Virus record (IMG/VR): IMGVR_UViG_3300027887_000015
Location: 1-51,497 of that record
DNA length: 51,497 nt
Strand: one strand, 5' to 3'
Source: a virus
Taxonomy: Duplodnaviria > Caudoviricetes
The notes under the pieces are model-generated. The model ran no database searches, had not been told where the DNA came from, and worked only from the letters and a program-made list of their open reading frames with translations. Below, one piece after another: positions 36,313 to 44,446 of this stretch (position 1 is its first letter; each line of letters begins with the position of its first letter). The position numbers and the translations under genes are program-made.

Positions 36313-37334
36313 GCTGCTTTCCTCTTGTGGTCAACGACCACAGCAAATTCGTTATTGGTGACCCACACTCGATTGGTGGGCTTGGGCGGGGTCACATACG
36401 GTTTAGGACCATACGACATAGCGTGCTTCTGATACTCGTTGTCCTCATAATAGGTCTTAGCCACAGAGTGCTTAGACACCGCAGGCCAATCCACATGCCC
36501 AGCAAGCGTGGGGACCTCGTCCAACAGCTCGTGCAGGATCTGGAAATTCTCGGGGTAGGGCTCAAAAGGCCGCTCCACTTTCGTGTGCAGACCGTACAGC
36601 CACTGCGGTACAAAACCAGCTCTCTGCACATCGAGCACCTTAATCAAGGTGCTGGCAGAGGACATGGTAAACAGGACTCCCTTGTTGTACATCGGCCCAT
36701 TGTTGTGGGCCAAAGTGAATGCAGTGTCCACAAACGCCAACGGAGAAGCCTTACCCGACACCATGACAAGCAACGCATCAGCGATCTTCCCCCACGCCTT
36801 GCCACCGAACCCGGAAGAGAAGTGCCCGTGATGGAACACCTTCGACACGCAACGTAGGTACGAGCCCCACGAAAGATCCGGAGGAGATGTCAACAGGTAG
36901 TTAGCTGCCTCTTGAGAGGAGTGCGGGATTCCAGACAGCCACGGGTAGTAACCGGGATGCTCCTTGTCCAGCAAACCCTTCAGCTTGCTAGTCGTCCCTG
37001 CGTGCCTGCTCTCGCGAGTAATCACGATCAGTGTGTAGAAGGCTTGCCGCAAGAACAGATCGGCAAAAGCATTCTTGAACTTCTCCACCAGCCTAAGAGC
37101 GGAAGCGGGAAGCACCTCGTGCCGGTGATACTTCTGCTCCAACGAAAGCATGGCATGGTTCAGCAGATAGAACTGAACAGCCTCCTTCTCCACCGGACGT
37201 ACTCCACCCTGTGACAGAAACTTGTTGGTCGCAGCGACGACCTGGGTCATCGGCACCGTCAGGTAACCGTCGTAGGGGGTAAAGATCGAGCTGGCCTTGA
37301 GGTGCGCCAGGGTGTCGTCGCGGTAGATGTTCAC
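36309..37334 (-). CDS. Hypothetical protein with enzyme-like conserved motifs (341 aa)
   Basis: FYLLNH, TRESRH, FGGKAWGKIAD, VD..FTLAHNNG..YNK; GGAGGGAG RBS. Confidence 0.75.
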   Translation of the reverse strand: MNIYRDDTLAHLKASSIFTPYDGYLTVPMTQVVAATNKFLSQGGVRPVEKEAVQFYLLNHAMLSLEQKYHRHEVLPASALRLVEKFKNAFADLFLRQAFYTLIVITRESRHAGTTSKLKGLLDKEHPGYYPWLSGIPHSSQEAANYLLTSPPDLSWGSYLRCVSKVFHHGHFSSGFGGKAWGKIADALLVMVSGKASPLAFVDTAFTLAHNNGPMYNKGVLFTMSSASTLIKVLDVQRAGFVPQWLYGLHTKVERPFEPYPENFQILHELLDEVPTLAGHVDWPAVSKHSVAKTYYEDNEYQKHAMSYGPKPYVTPPKPTNRVWVTNNEFAVVVDHKRKAA

Positions 37335-37361
37335 TGCTCCCTCCTCGGAGACTCAACCAGG

Positions 37362-37391
37362 ATACTACTGGAGAGGTGTAGAGTTTGTCAA
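37362..37391 (-). promoter_or_regulatory. Sigma70-like promoter
   Basis: TTGACA-N18-TAGTAT in an intergenic gap. Confidence 0.65.
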
Positions 37392-37870
37392 GTCATTTGA
37401 CGTACTCGGGCGAGAATCTTTGCCCACCATACAGCCCACCGAAGTGAGGTTACATCAAACGATCTAAGATACTCCGCCTGCTCATATGTCTCCACGGCAT
37501 GGGACATGTAATGCTGCCGCACCCATAACAAAGGGGTCTGCCATCTCCTCTCCTCCTTACCCACCAATGCTTTGTAGAGCAAAGCGAGAAAAAGACCGGT
37601 CCTACCGATACCGCCTCGACAACCCACATGCACTACATTACCCAGTGCCATTTGATAGATCACACCGCGCAAAATCTCCAGAACCAACTCATCATTATCT
37701 GGAACTGAGAAGTCTGGAATAGGCAGATGCCACGTACAATTTTGCCTGTTGGTCTCAGTCAGATTGACACAGGGGACCTTAACATTACGGGCATCTAAAG
37801 GCCCAGCATTGATATGAAACCCCTTCACCGGAAAGGTCACTATCTTAGTCTGTGATCCATAGTAATTCAT
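37388..37870 (-). CDS. Second CX5R phosphatase
   Basis: LPIPDFSVP, HVGCRGGIGRTG, AVETYEQ; ATGA-coupled start at 37870. Confidence 0.88.
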   Translation of the reverse strand: MNYYGSQTKIVTFPVKGFHINAGPLDARNVKVPCVNLTETNRQNCTWHLPIPDFSVPDNDELVLEILRGVIYQMALGNVVHVGCRGGIGRTGLFLALLYKALVGKEERRWQTPLLWVRQHYMSHAVETYEQAEYLRSFDVTSLRWAVWWAKILARVRQMT

Positions 37871-38259
37871 CGAACCGCCCTCTTGCTTGGCTGGCAAGAC
37901 TGGCAAGGGATGTGTCTTAGCACCTCTCCTGTACCATCGCATCTATCACAACCTTCCCCAAGACAGGAGGTGCATTCATCGTAGACAACTTGCTTGCCAG
38001 TATCGTGGCAGTGCCAACATTTAAAATGCTTTCCCTCATCCACCACACCATAATCGACCACCGGATGTTCTTTGATGATAGAGGTGATCTGATTCCCTTC
38101 CATCACAAACAGGTAATCCTGCCATCGTCGTCTTGCCAGAGGATGAGTAGCCCTGGTCGAGTGGCGAATCATGTCTTTCAGAGACGGCAGGCTTATACCC
38201 ATATCCCTAGCCCGCCTCACGGCATCCATCGTCACACTAAACCGTCTTTCTGTGTCCAT
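37867..38259 (-). CDS. Protein with C-terminal DnaJ-type zinc finger
   Basis: CWHCHDTG, CTSCLGEG, CDRCDGTG, CQSC. Confidence 0.72.
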   Translation of the reverse strand: MDTERRFSVTMDAVRRARDMGISLPSLKDMIRHSTRATHPLARRRWQDYLFVMEGNQITSIIKEHPVVDYGVVDEGKHFKCWHCHDTGKQVVYDECTSCLGEGCDRCDGTGEVLRHIPCQSCQPSKRAVR

Positions 38260-38521
38260 AATTCTCGCGATTGATCTCGATATGTCTTGGTGCCTCAAAG
38301 TACAACCTGGGAAGAGGATGCACTCTCTTTTTAGAGGGGGTCCCTATGGAAACGAAAACCTGGGGATACACTTCAACAGAGAAATCCGGTGTCAACGAGT
38401 ACTCCATTCCGTTGATAGAAACACCGATTATGCTTACGTCCTCTGCTACATAAGTAACCTTGAGTTTTTGACCATCGATGTAGACCACCGACCCTTCGGT
38501 AACGCCTAGTGCTAATCCCAT
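38237..38521 (-). CDS. CsrA-like RNA-binding protein
   Basis: L.L....G..V.I start and RLYFEAPRHIEINRE end, matching CsrA termini with a central insertion. Confidence 0.55.
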   Translation of the reverse strand: MGLALGVTEGSVVYIDGQKLKVTYVAEDVSIIGVSINGMEYSLTPDFSVEVYPQVFVSIGTPSKKRVHPLPRLYFEAPRHIEINRENYGHRKTV

Positions 38522-38531
38522 ATACCACTCC

Positions 38532-38951
38532 TTAAAGATCTAATACTGCCTTTGCCGCTCCTGTGCATTGCCACGTTGAGCCTCCTGCACAGCCCTTTCG
38601 ATTTTCTGTTACTTCCACCAGACCCTTGTACCTGAGTACCGTTAGTTGGGAGGCTACGTCTGAAGAGGTCTGTTGCAGTCCTCCTCGTAGATTCAGACTC
38701 TGAGTTATATCGTGGGTAGTTGCCAGTTTCAGGGTCACCAGAGACATCAAACAATTCCACAGCTTCGTGCCCTGTTTAGGGAGTGACACCATGCTTCTGG
38801 GTTCAATATGTTCAATCAGTGTATCCCCGTATTTCGACGCAACCACCCGATAAAATCCACACAAGCATTTGAGAATGACTTCATTGTCATCCAACCTATA
38901 CCACGCAGTGCCGTGGCATTTTGGGCAACGAGTAGTGAAAGACATGGGCAC
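38532..38951 (-). CDS. Zinc ribbon + winged-helix protein
   Basis: CPKC...CLCG, then VASQLTVLRYKGLVE...GGSTW. Confidence 0.7.
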   Translation of the reverse strand: MPMSFTTRCPKCHGTAWYRLDDNEVILKCLCGFYRVVASKYGDTLIEHIEPRSMVSLPKQGTKLWNCLMSLVTLKLATTHDITQSLNLRGGLQQTSSDVASQLTVLRYKGLVEVTENRKGCAGGSTWQCTGAAKAVLDL

Positions 38952-39000
38952 CCCCTAACAGGATGCCCAGAATAGTAGAAATTGTTAATCGTTAAATCAA

Positions 39001-40965
39001 TCATGTAAAAGTAGCCTGGAGGAGTGCGATGTTTGACAAAGGGCTAACTCCCACAACCTTGTTATGAGAATAGGTCAGGGGGATGAGACGAGATGCAGAA
39101 GCCTTTTTCACTGTTGACAACTTGCGATAGAGAGGCAACAAACTAGGATCATCGATTGCCTGCACGGCATCCGACGAAACGATCTTAGCCACCTCGTTTT
39201 CGACAGACACCACTCGGAATCCCCGATTCTGCAGTGCCTCTTTGAAAGACCCATCCTCCTTGGACAGCACAACGTAAATCTCTCGACGCTTGACCGACAA
39301 CTTCTTCAGCCCATTGACAATCGTCCCGAGACGAACAAACTCTTGCGGGGATGTAGACCGACCAAAGGCCCCTCGCAGGAACGAATCGTACTTGTCATAC
39401 GCTACCACCCGTCGCAGATCGATCACCCCGCGCAACATCCTCTGCGCCACCTCCACCACCACCGCAGGAGTGTGCTCTCGGGCAAGGAAGATGGTGCCAA
39501 CACGAGCAACCTCATCAAGCTGAGCGGTCACCGACCACCCCTTCTGATGCCGACGCACCAGCTCCACCAGCCGAGTGATATCAGCATCACTACTGACCAG
39601 TGGCACCTCAGTGTCCACCCAAATGCGGCCCGACGCACCATCCAGCGTGATCATCTTACCGGCGAGAGCCGTGCCGTATAGTCTCCATCCAATCCGCTCA
39701 GAGAAGGTGAGCCCGTCGCAACCTACCACACAGACCTTGTTGAGCGACCTCGCCACCACTGCTGCGTGGCTGGTAGCTCCACCGGTCTGAGTCAACACCC
39801 CAACCGCAGCGGCGATGCCAGGAAGATCATCAGGACTGGTCTCCTTGCTGATCAGGATGCACGGGACCTTGCTGGCGATAGCTTCCTCAGAACTGGACAC
39901 CGCGATGCCCGACACCACTCCAGTGGAAGCACCGATACCGTAACCATACGGCTCCACATCGAAAGAAGGATCGATGGCAGGAGTAGCCGCCGCCAGGATG
40001 GTCTTAAGACTGAGGGTGCTAGGGAGCTGCTCGAAAGACAGCTCGTTGTCCTCCACCATGTCCACTGCGATTCTCACTGCGGCACGAGCGGTGCGCTTGG
40101 CGTTACGAGTCTGCAGGATGTACAGCATACCAGACTCGACGGTGAACTCGATATCCTGAGCATCGTGATAGTGCTGCTCCAGGTAGTCTGCCCACTTGAA
40201 TAACTCGGTGGCGTAGACCTCGGGAAGCTCGGAGATCGGACGACCCGCACGAATGCCCGCAACAACGTCCTCACCCTGCGCCATGTGCAGAAACTCACCC
40301 GTGTACTCGTTGACTCCGGTAGATGGATCTCGCGAGAAGAGCACTCCCGTATACGAATCGGTGTCTAGGTTACCGAACACCATCCGCTGAATAACGACTG
40401 CGGTGCCCAGGTCCTCAGGAATGTTGTTGAGCTTGCGGTACGTCTTAGCCCGCTCATTGCTCCACGAGCGAAACACCGCACGAATGCAATCGAGCAGAAT
40501 GATCTTAGGATCGAACTTGTACTCCAGCTCCAGCTCTTCCATGGACCGCTGCTCCAGCTCTTCTCTCGGCTCACCGTCAACCACATTGCCATACATGACG
40601 TAGAAGCGACGAAGAGAGTTGGTGTAGAAGATCTCGTTCTTCTCTTTCCAGTGGCTCTCCTCCTGATCCATGCCAAAGTTGAGGATGGTGTCCATCATGC
40701 CGGGCATCGAAAACTTCGCCCCAGAGCGAATCGAGAGCGGCTGAAAAAACTGCTCGTGCAGGTACTCCAGCATCGCCGGGATCTCTGCGGAGATCTCCGC
40801 TTCCACCGCATCAGACTCAACCATCCAGCGACGGCAGACGCTCGTGGGAATGATGATGCCCTTCGGCACAGGCAGACCCATGCCGTGCATCTGCGACAGA
40901 TGGAAACCCTTCCCCCCGAGTTCATCAAGGGAGAGGGAGGTGTCGAAAGTAGTCCAGAGTGCCAT
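39001..40965 (-). CDS. PPDK-like dikinase (ATP-grasp + phospho-His domain; lacks the PEP/pyruvate barrel)
   Basis: GGKG, SIRSGAKFSMPGMMDTILN, QRMVFGN, AQGEDVVAG, DIEFT, LQTR, GGATSHAAVVAR; only ~180 aa follow the His domain. Confidence 0.85.
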   Translation of the reverse strand: MALWTTFDTSLSLDELGGKGFHLSQMHGMGLPVPKGIIIPTSVCRRWMVESDAVEAEISAEIPAMLEYLHEQFFQPLSIRSGAKFSMPGMMDTILNFGMDQEESHWKEKNEIFYTNSLRRFYVMYGNVVDGEPREELEQRSMEELELEYKFDPKIILLDCIRAVFRSWSNERAKTYRKLNNIPEDLGTAVVIQRMVFGNLDTDSYTGVLFSRDPSTGVNEYTGEFLHMAQGEDVVAGIRAGRPISELPEVYATELFKWADYLEQHYHDAQDIEFTVESGMLYILQTRNAKRTARAAVRIAVDMVEDNELSFEQLPSTLSLKTILAAATPAIDPSFDVEPYGYGIGASTGVVSGIAVSSSEEAIASKVPCILISKETSPDDLPGIAAAVGVLTQTGGATSHAAVVARSLNKVCVVGCDGLTFSERIGWRLYGTALAGKMITLDGASGRIWVDTEVPLVSSDADITRLVELVRRHQKGWSVTAQLDEVARVGTIFLAREHTPAVVVEVAQRMLRGVIDLRRVVAYDKYDSFLRGAFGRSTSPQEFVRLGTIVNGLKKLSVKRREIYVVLSKEDGSFKEALQNRGFRVVSVENEVAKIVSSDAVQAIDDPSLLPLYRKLSTVKKASASRLIPLTYSHNKVVGVSPLSNIALLQATFT

Positions 40966-40967
40966 GG

Positions 40968-41309
40968 TCAGATCAGCGTACTGATTGCGTTGAAGACCCC
41001 GATCCCCGTGGCGAAGACACCGTCCTTCTTCGCCCACTTGAGGATCGTCTCAGCGATCCGGTGCTTGGGGAGCTGGTTGAACGGCAGCTCAACATTCACC
41101 GGCTCGTCGCCAATCCGCCCGTGGCAGTAGCTGACATCCCAGCAAGGGAAGCCAGGATCAGACACGAGACGCAGGCGCGTCACACGCAGACCCTTAGCAG
41201 TCCACGGCACGCTGCGCTCGATCTTATGAGTGACAGAGGCATGATACGCCTCAGGGTCAACGAGACCATTGGTCTCACCGGGATACGAACCAGGAAGGTA
41301 AGTGCTCAT
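40968..41309 (-). CDS. Hypothetical protein (113 aa)
   Basis: CAGGAG RBS; RLRLVSDPGFPCWDVSYCHG. Confidence 0.75.
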   Translation of the reverse strand: MSTYLPGSYPGETNGLVDPEAYHASVTHKIERSVPWTAKGLRVTRLRLVSDPGFPCWDVSYCHGRIGDEPVNVELPFNQLPKHRIAETILKWAKKDGVFATGIGVFNAISTLI

Positions 41310-41336
41310 CGTTCACTCCTGTCAGATGACGAGCAT

Positions 41337-41365
41337 ATTGTCCCTTAGACCTGGGACGATGTCAA
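41337..41365 (-). promoter_or_regulatory. Sigma70-like promoter
   Basis: TTGACA-N17-GACAAT; GTCCC-N8-GGGAC inverted repeat over the spacer and -10. Confidence 0.65.
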
Positions 41366-41397
41366 TACCCCCTAAGTCTTTGAATACAAAAAGGTTT

Positions 41398-41724
41398 TCA
41401 GCCTTTCATTATCTCTCGATAACCCTTGTACACGAACCGCTCCTCCCAAAAGTTCTCCGGGTCCCCTGGATGCCGGTAGCCAATGTTGTTCATGCGCTCC
41501 TGGTCCCAGGCAATGCCATCAGCGGTCTGGGTGCGCCAGTTGTTGAAATCGATCATCGCTTTGGTCTTCTGCAAGCTGAAGCCTGCAACCCCTGGACGCT
41601 GCACAACCTGCTTCTTCTGCATCCAGTCCTCTAGCGTGCGAATCAGTTTACGCACCTCAGCAGACGAAGGCAGTCGCCTAAGAGCGGCAAGAATTTCCGC
41701 AGGATCGTCAGACACCGGCTTCAT
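41398..41724 (-). CDS. Hypothetical protein
   Basis: Overlaps the acidic ORF end; last gene before the promoter gap. Confidence 0.55.
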   Translation of the reverse strand: MKPVSDDPAEILAALRRLPSSAEVRKLIRTLEDWMQKKQVVQRPGVAGFSLQKTKAMIDFNNWRTQTADGIAWDQERMNNIGYRHPGDPENFWEERFVYKGYREIMKG

Positions 41725-41905
41725 CGTCATCTTCCTTCTCGGGCCAATACTCCGAGTCCTCATCTTCATAGTCGTCCTCTGGCTCTGGAAATTCGCGCCA
41801 GTCTACCTCTTCATCATAGCCGACCTCTTCGAAGTGTTCGCGCATCAACTCTTCCGCTTCTTCTTCCGAGATTTGACCGTAAGGAGTTTTGCTATCGGCG
41901 ACCAT
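41708..41905 (-). CDS. Very acidic small protein overlapping the topoisomerase 3' end
   Basis: 65 aa dominated by D/E (EEEAEELMREHFEEVGYDEEVDW...). Confidence 0.65.
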   Translation of the reverse strand: MVADSKTPYGQISEEEAEELMREHFEEVGYDEEVDWREFPEPEDDYEDEDSEYWPEKEDDDEAGV

Positions 41906-42998
41906 ATGCTGGGGTCCACATAAGAGTTCATTGCCATGGTGGGGGTGTTGCCCAGAAAGTCAGAGACAACACGCAGCACCTCCTTTTTCACTGCCAACGC
42001 TTCGGTCTTCGTCACTGGCTTCGGAAGACCTTTCAGTGTCTTCCTGGCTAGAGCAGTCCCATACCAAGTGCGAAAGTCTTTAGGACTGAAACCATTGCCA
42101 GCAAGAGACTTGAATACTCTCTTTACTGTCGAGTAGCTGGCATCAAACAGTGGCTCTCCTTCTTTCTTCTTCTTCATCCTGCGCTCAAGGTAGCGAGCAA
42201 TACTACCGTCTTCAAACTGCTTCGTTTGCTGCACACCACTCTTGCCGGTGAAAGTAAGCGTTACCTTGTTGCCCTCTACAGAGACATGCTCCTTCTGCAA
42301 AGTGCCCGCTCCGAATGCCTCGACATCAGCTTGTGTATCGTCACCAGAACCAACACGCAATCCAGTCTTGGCAATGATGCTGATAATAGCCGCTGCATCT
42401 CTGGTGATGTGGTTCTCTCTACCGGACACCATCAAGTGATGAGCTTCTGACTTGATCTTGGGGATGATCTTGCCAAAGGCTTTAGCCCGAAAATACTTCG
42501 CCGCCGCTGCTCGATCTTTGTGAGACTGCAGGTAGTAGGATTGCTGACGACCTTTCGAATCCAGGCCAATCGCTTGTCGATGACCCTCAGAATCAGGATT
42601 CAACTGGACATCAGTAAGCCCAGGTCTAACCTTCAGCGCATTCAATCTTGCCTGGGACTCCGGAGGCAAAGGCTCACCATCAGGACCTACCCAAACCTTG
42701 TCGGAGTTCCTAGTTGCTCCTTTGCCAGGGACATGACAGAACTGCCCTCCACGAGATGATCCAGAAGGCTCATGGCACGGGTTTCCGCCACCGTTTTTTT
42801 TTGAGCCTTAAAGATCGCAGAGAGATCCGTTTTCGTAACGGTGTTACCAGTGCGACGTTGCAACTCAGCGATAAACTTATCCTTTGCGTCTTCCTGTTGC
42901 TTCGATGTCAATACCTCGCTGTACTGCAAGTAAGAGGCTATCCACCGTCGCACGAATGAGGTCACGTTCTCCTTGTGAAAGTCGTCTAGAAACTCCAT
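41845..42998 (-). CDS. Tagged DNA topoisomerase IB (bacterial/poxviral type), interrupted by a -1 frameshift at an A9 tract
   Basis: LDSKGRQQSYY, GLRVG (R), FTGKSG (K), PKDFRTW (R), LGNT (N), NSYV (Y); the frame extends upstream to GGNPCHEPSGSSRGGQFC and joins MEFLDDF...AIFKAQK via A9 at 42794-42802. Confidence 0.8.
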
Positions 42999-44397
42999 CG
43001 GATTCACCCTTGATAATTGATATACCGATATCCTTGAGAAGCTTGTTTGCTCTAGCAACAGCCTCAGAAGAAGTCACAGGTTCTGCTATAGCCTTGGCTA
43101 CTTCCTTGGTAACAGCCCAATTGTGATAACAACCACAACCCGAACCTTCACCACCATCGCACCTAGCACAGTTCCAGGTGCCTCTTTCAACCGGAGGAGT
43201 ATCCAGTACTAGCTTGGCTCTCCGAGTCTTAGAAGTAGTCGCACTGGACAATCTCTTTCCGGGCTGACCTTTCTGACCTCTAGCAGTAGTAGCTCCTGTT
43301 GCAGGATCGACATAAAGATTGGGACCAATAGAAACGGTTCCTCGGAGAAGAGGGCACAACTGCCGTTTAGCCCACACAGGCAACCCGCTAAGCTCCTGCT
43401 TTGAAAATTCTCTAACCGGAAGAATGACACCGACCCTAGACTCTCCTAGCTCAATTAGGTCCTTGTCGTCACTGCCTCCTTTATAGACATAAGCCACCTT
43501 AAGATCAGGGTTGGCTCTGGCTGCGCCCATGCTTTCTGCATCAACAGAAAGCAAACGCAGGTTCATAGAATTAACTCTCCTGAGAAGGTCCGGACGCTTA
43601 GAGAAAATGTGCATCTGTACCGGCTGTGGATTACCATCCCTACCTACTCGATTATTCAATGCCTCAATCATAGGCAACCACTCTTCATCGATGTCGCCTT
43701 TATCAAAGAGACGAAGTAGTTTTCCAGCTCGGTACTCTGGAAGAAGAGTGTACTCATCTCCGATCATCTGGGCTGCACGAAGAGGATCAGTCTCCACAGC
43801 CCAGGAAACCAACTCGGCCTTTACGAATGGACCGGTGCGCTGATAGTTGCCCTCGGTGGCATAACAATACTTGGCACAGCCCTCTGTAGGGTTGCAAGAG
43901 TGAAAAGAAGAATTCACTCCGTTAATTGGTTTCGAAGGCTCGCCAATCAACCCAGTCCTGTCGAGATACTCCCACGCCCCTTCCGCACCTTTCTCGGCAA
44001 TGATTGCTCGCAGTCCTTTCGTGGAATCACTATCCAGGTGGCTATGGAAACCAGGGGTTCTACCTGCGAGATACTCTTCCAATGCCTTCCTTACAAGAAT
44101 TCCTTCAACTGCTTGCTTGTGCCAGGGAGTATCGTGATGCCTGGAGAGGTTGTCCCAGATACGCTGAGCATCTTTTCTACCATTCACCCACTCAATAACT
44201 GCAGCCTTTTGGGCATCATCAAAATTAGTTCCGGCCAAAGCAGTTTCTGAGTTGCCATACACACGAGCCGGAGGTTCATGTAACGAGGCTACAGCAGTGC
44301 CTCCCTTGCCGGGCATGAATTGCCCACCTTTCCCCCCAGGAGTTCCAGCGGGCCAATGGTTGGGGTTTTCCTTCAGGATACGAGAGAGCACTGACAC
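42877..44397 (-). CDS. Tagged GP88-like (Cys-cluster, radical-SAM-related) protein
   Basis: ILKENPNHWPAGTPGGKGGQF; CNPTEGCAKYCYA, RLFDKGD, FSKR, LSVD, C-terminal CP...CARC...C. Confidence 0.65.
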   Translation of the reverse strand: MSVLSRILKENPNHWPAGTPGGKGGQFMPGKGGTAVASLHEPPARVYGNSETALAGTNFDDAQKAAVIEWVNGRKDAQRIWDNLSRHHDTPWHKQAVEGILVRKALEEYLAGRTPGFHSHLDSDSTKGLRAIIAEKGAEGAWEYLDRTGLIGEPSKPINGVNSSFHSCNPTEGCAKYCYATEGNYQRTGPFVKAELVSWAVETDPLRAAQMIGDEYTLLPEYRAGKLLRLFDKGDIDEEWLPMIEALNNRVGRDGNPQPVQMHIFSKRPDLLRRVNSMNLRLLSVDAESMGAARANPDLKVAYVYKGGSDDKDLIELGESRVGVILPVREFSKQELSGLPVWAKRQLCPLLRGTVSIGPNLYVDPATGATTARGQKGQPGKRLSSATTSKTRRAKLVLDTPPVERGTWNCARCDGGEGSGCGCYHNWAVTKEVAKAIAEPVTSSEAVARANKLLKDIGISIIKGESDGVSRRLSQGERDLIRATVDSLLLAVQRGIDIEATGRRKG

Positions 44398-44446
44398 TGA
44401 ATTCCCTCCAAGTTTTTGTCAGTGTATGTGCTCCTGTCAAAGTGAG

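Larger units (their letters stand above)
20979..44379 (-). repeat. Dispersed peptide-level repeat (NPCH...GGQFC tag), 11 copies
   Basis: Approximate copies at 20979-21038, 22427-22492, 22730-22771, 23083-23148, 25235-25303, 26282-26374, 27421-27489, 28470-28526, 29826-29885, 42736-42816, 44317-44379. Confidence 0.92.

Noticed and set aside
39001-40965. Calling this gene a functional ppdK auxiliary metabolic gene
   Set aside because: The C-terminal PEP/pyruvate-binding domain is missing
41845-42669. Tyrosine integrase, implying a prophage
   Set aside because: Motifs (GRQQ.YY, F.GKSG, KDFRTW, LGNT) fit topoisomerase IB; no att site or host genes seen
42687-43058. 123 aa ORF as an independent gene from 43058
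   Set aside because: Better start at ATG 42998 with an RBS; its 3' part overlaps the tag frame, so it is treated as the leader of the frameshifted topoisomerase gene
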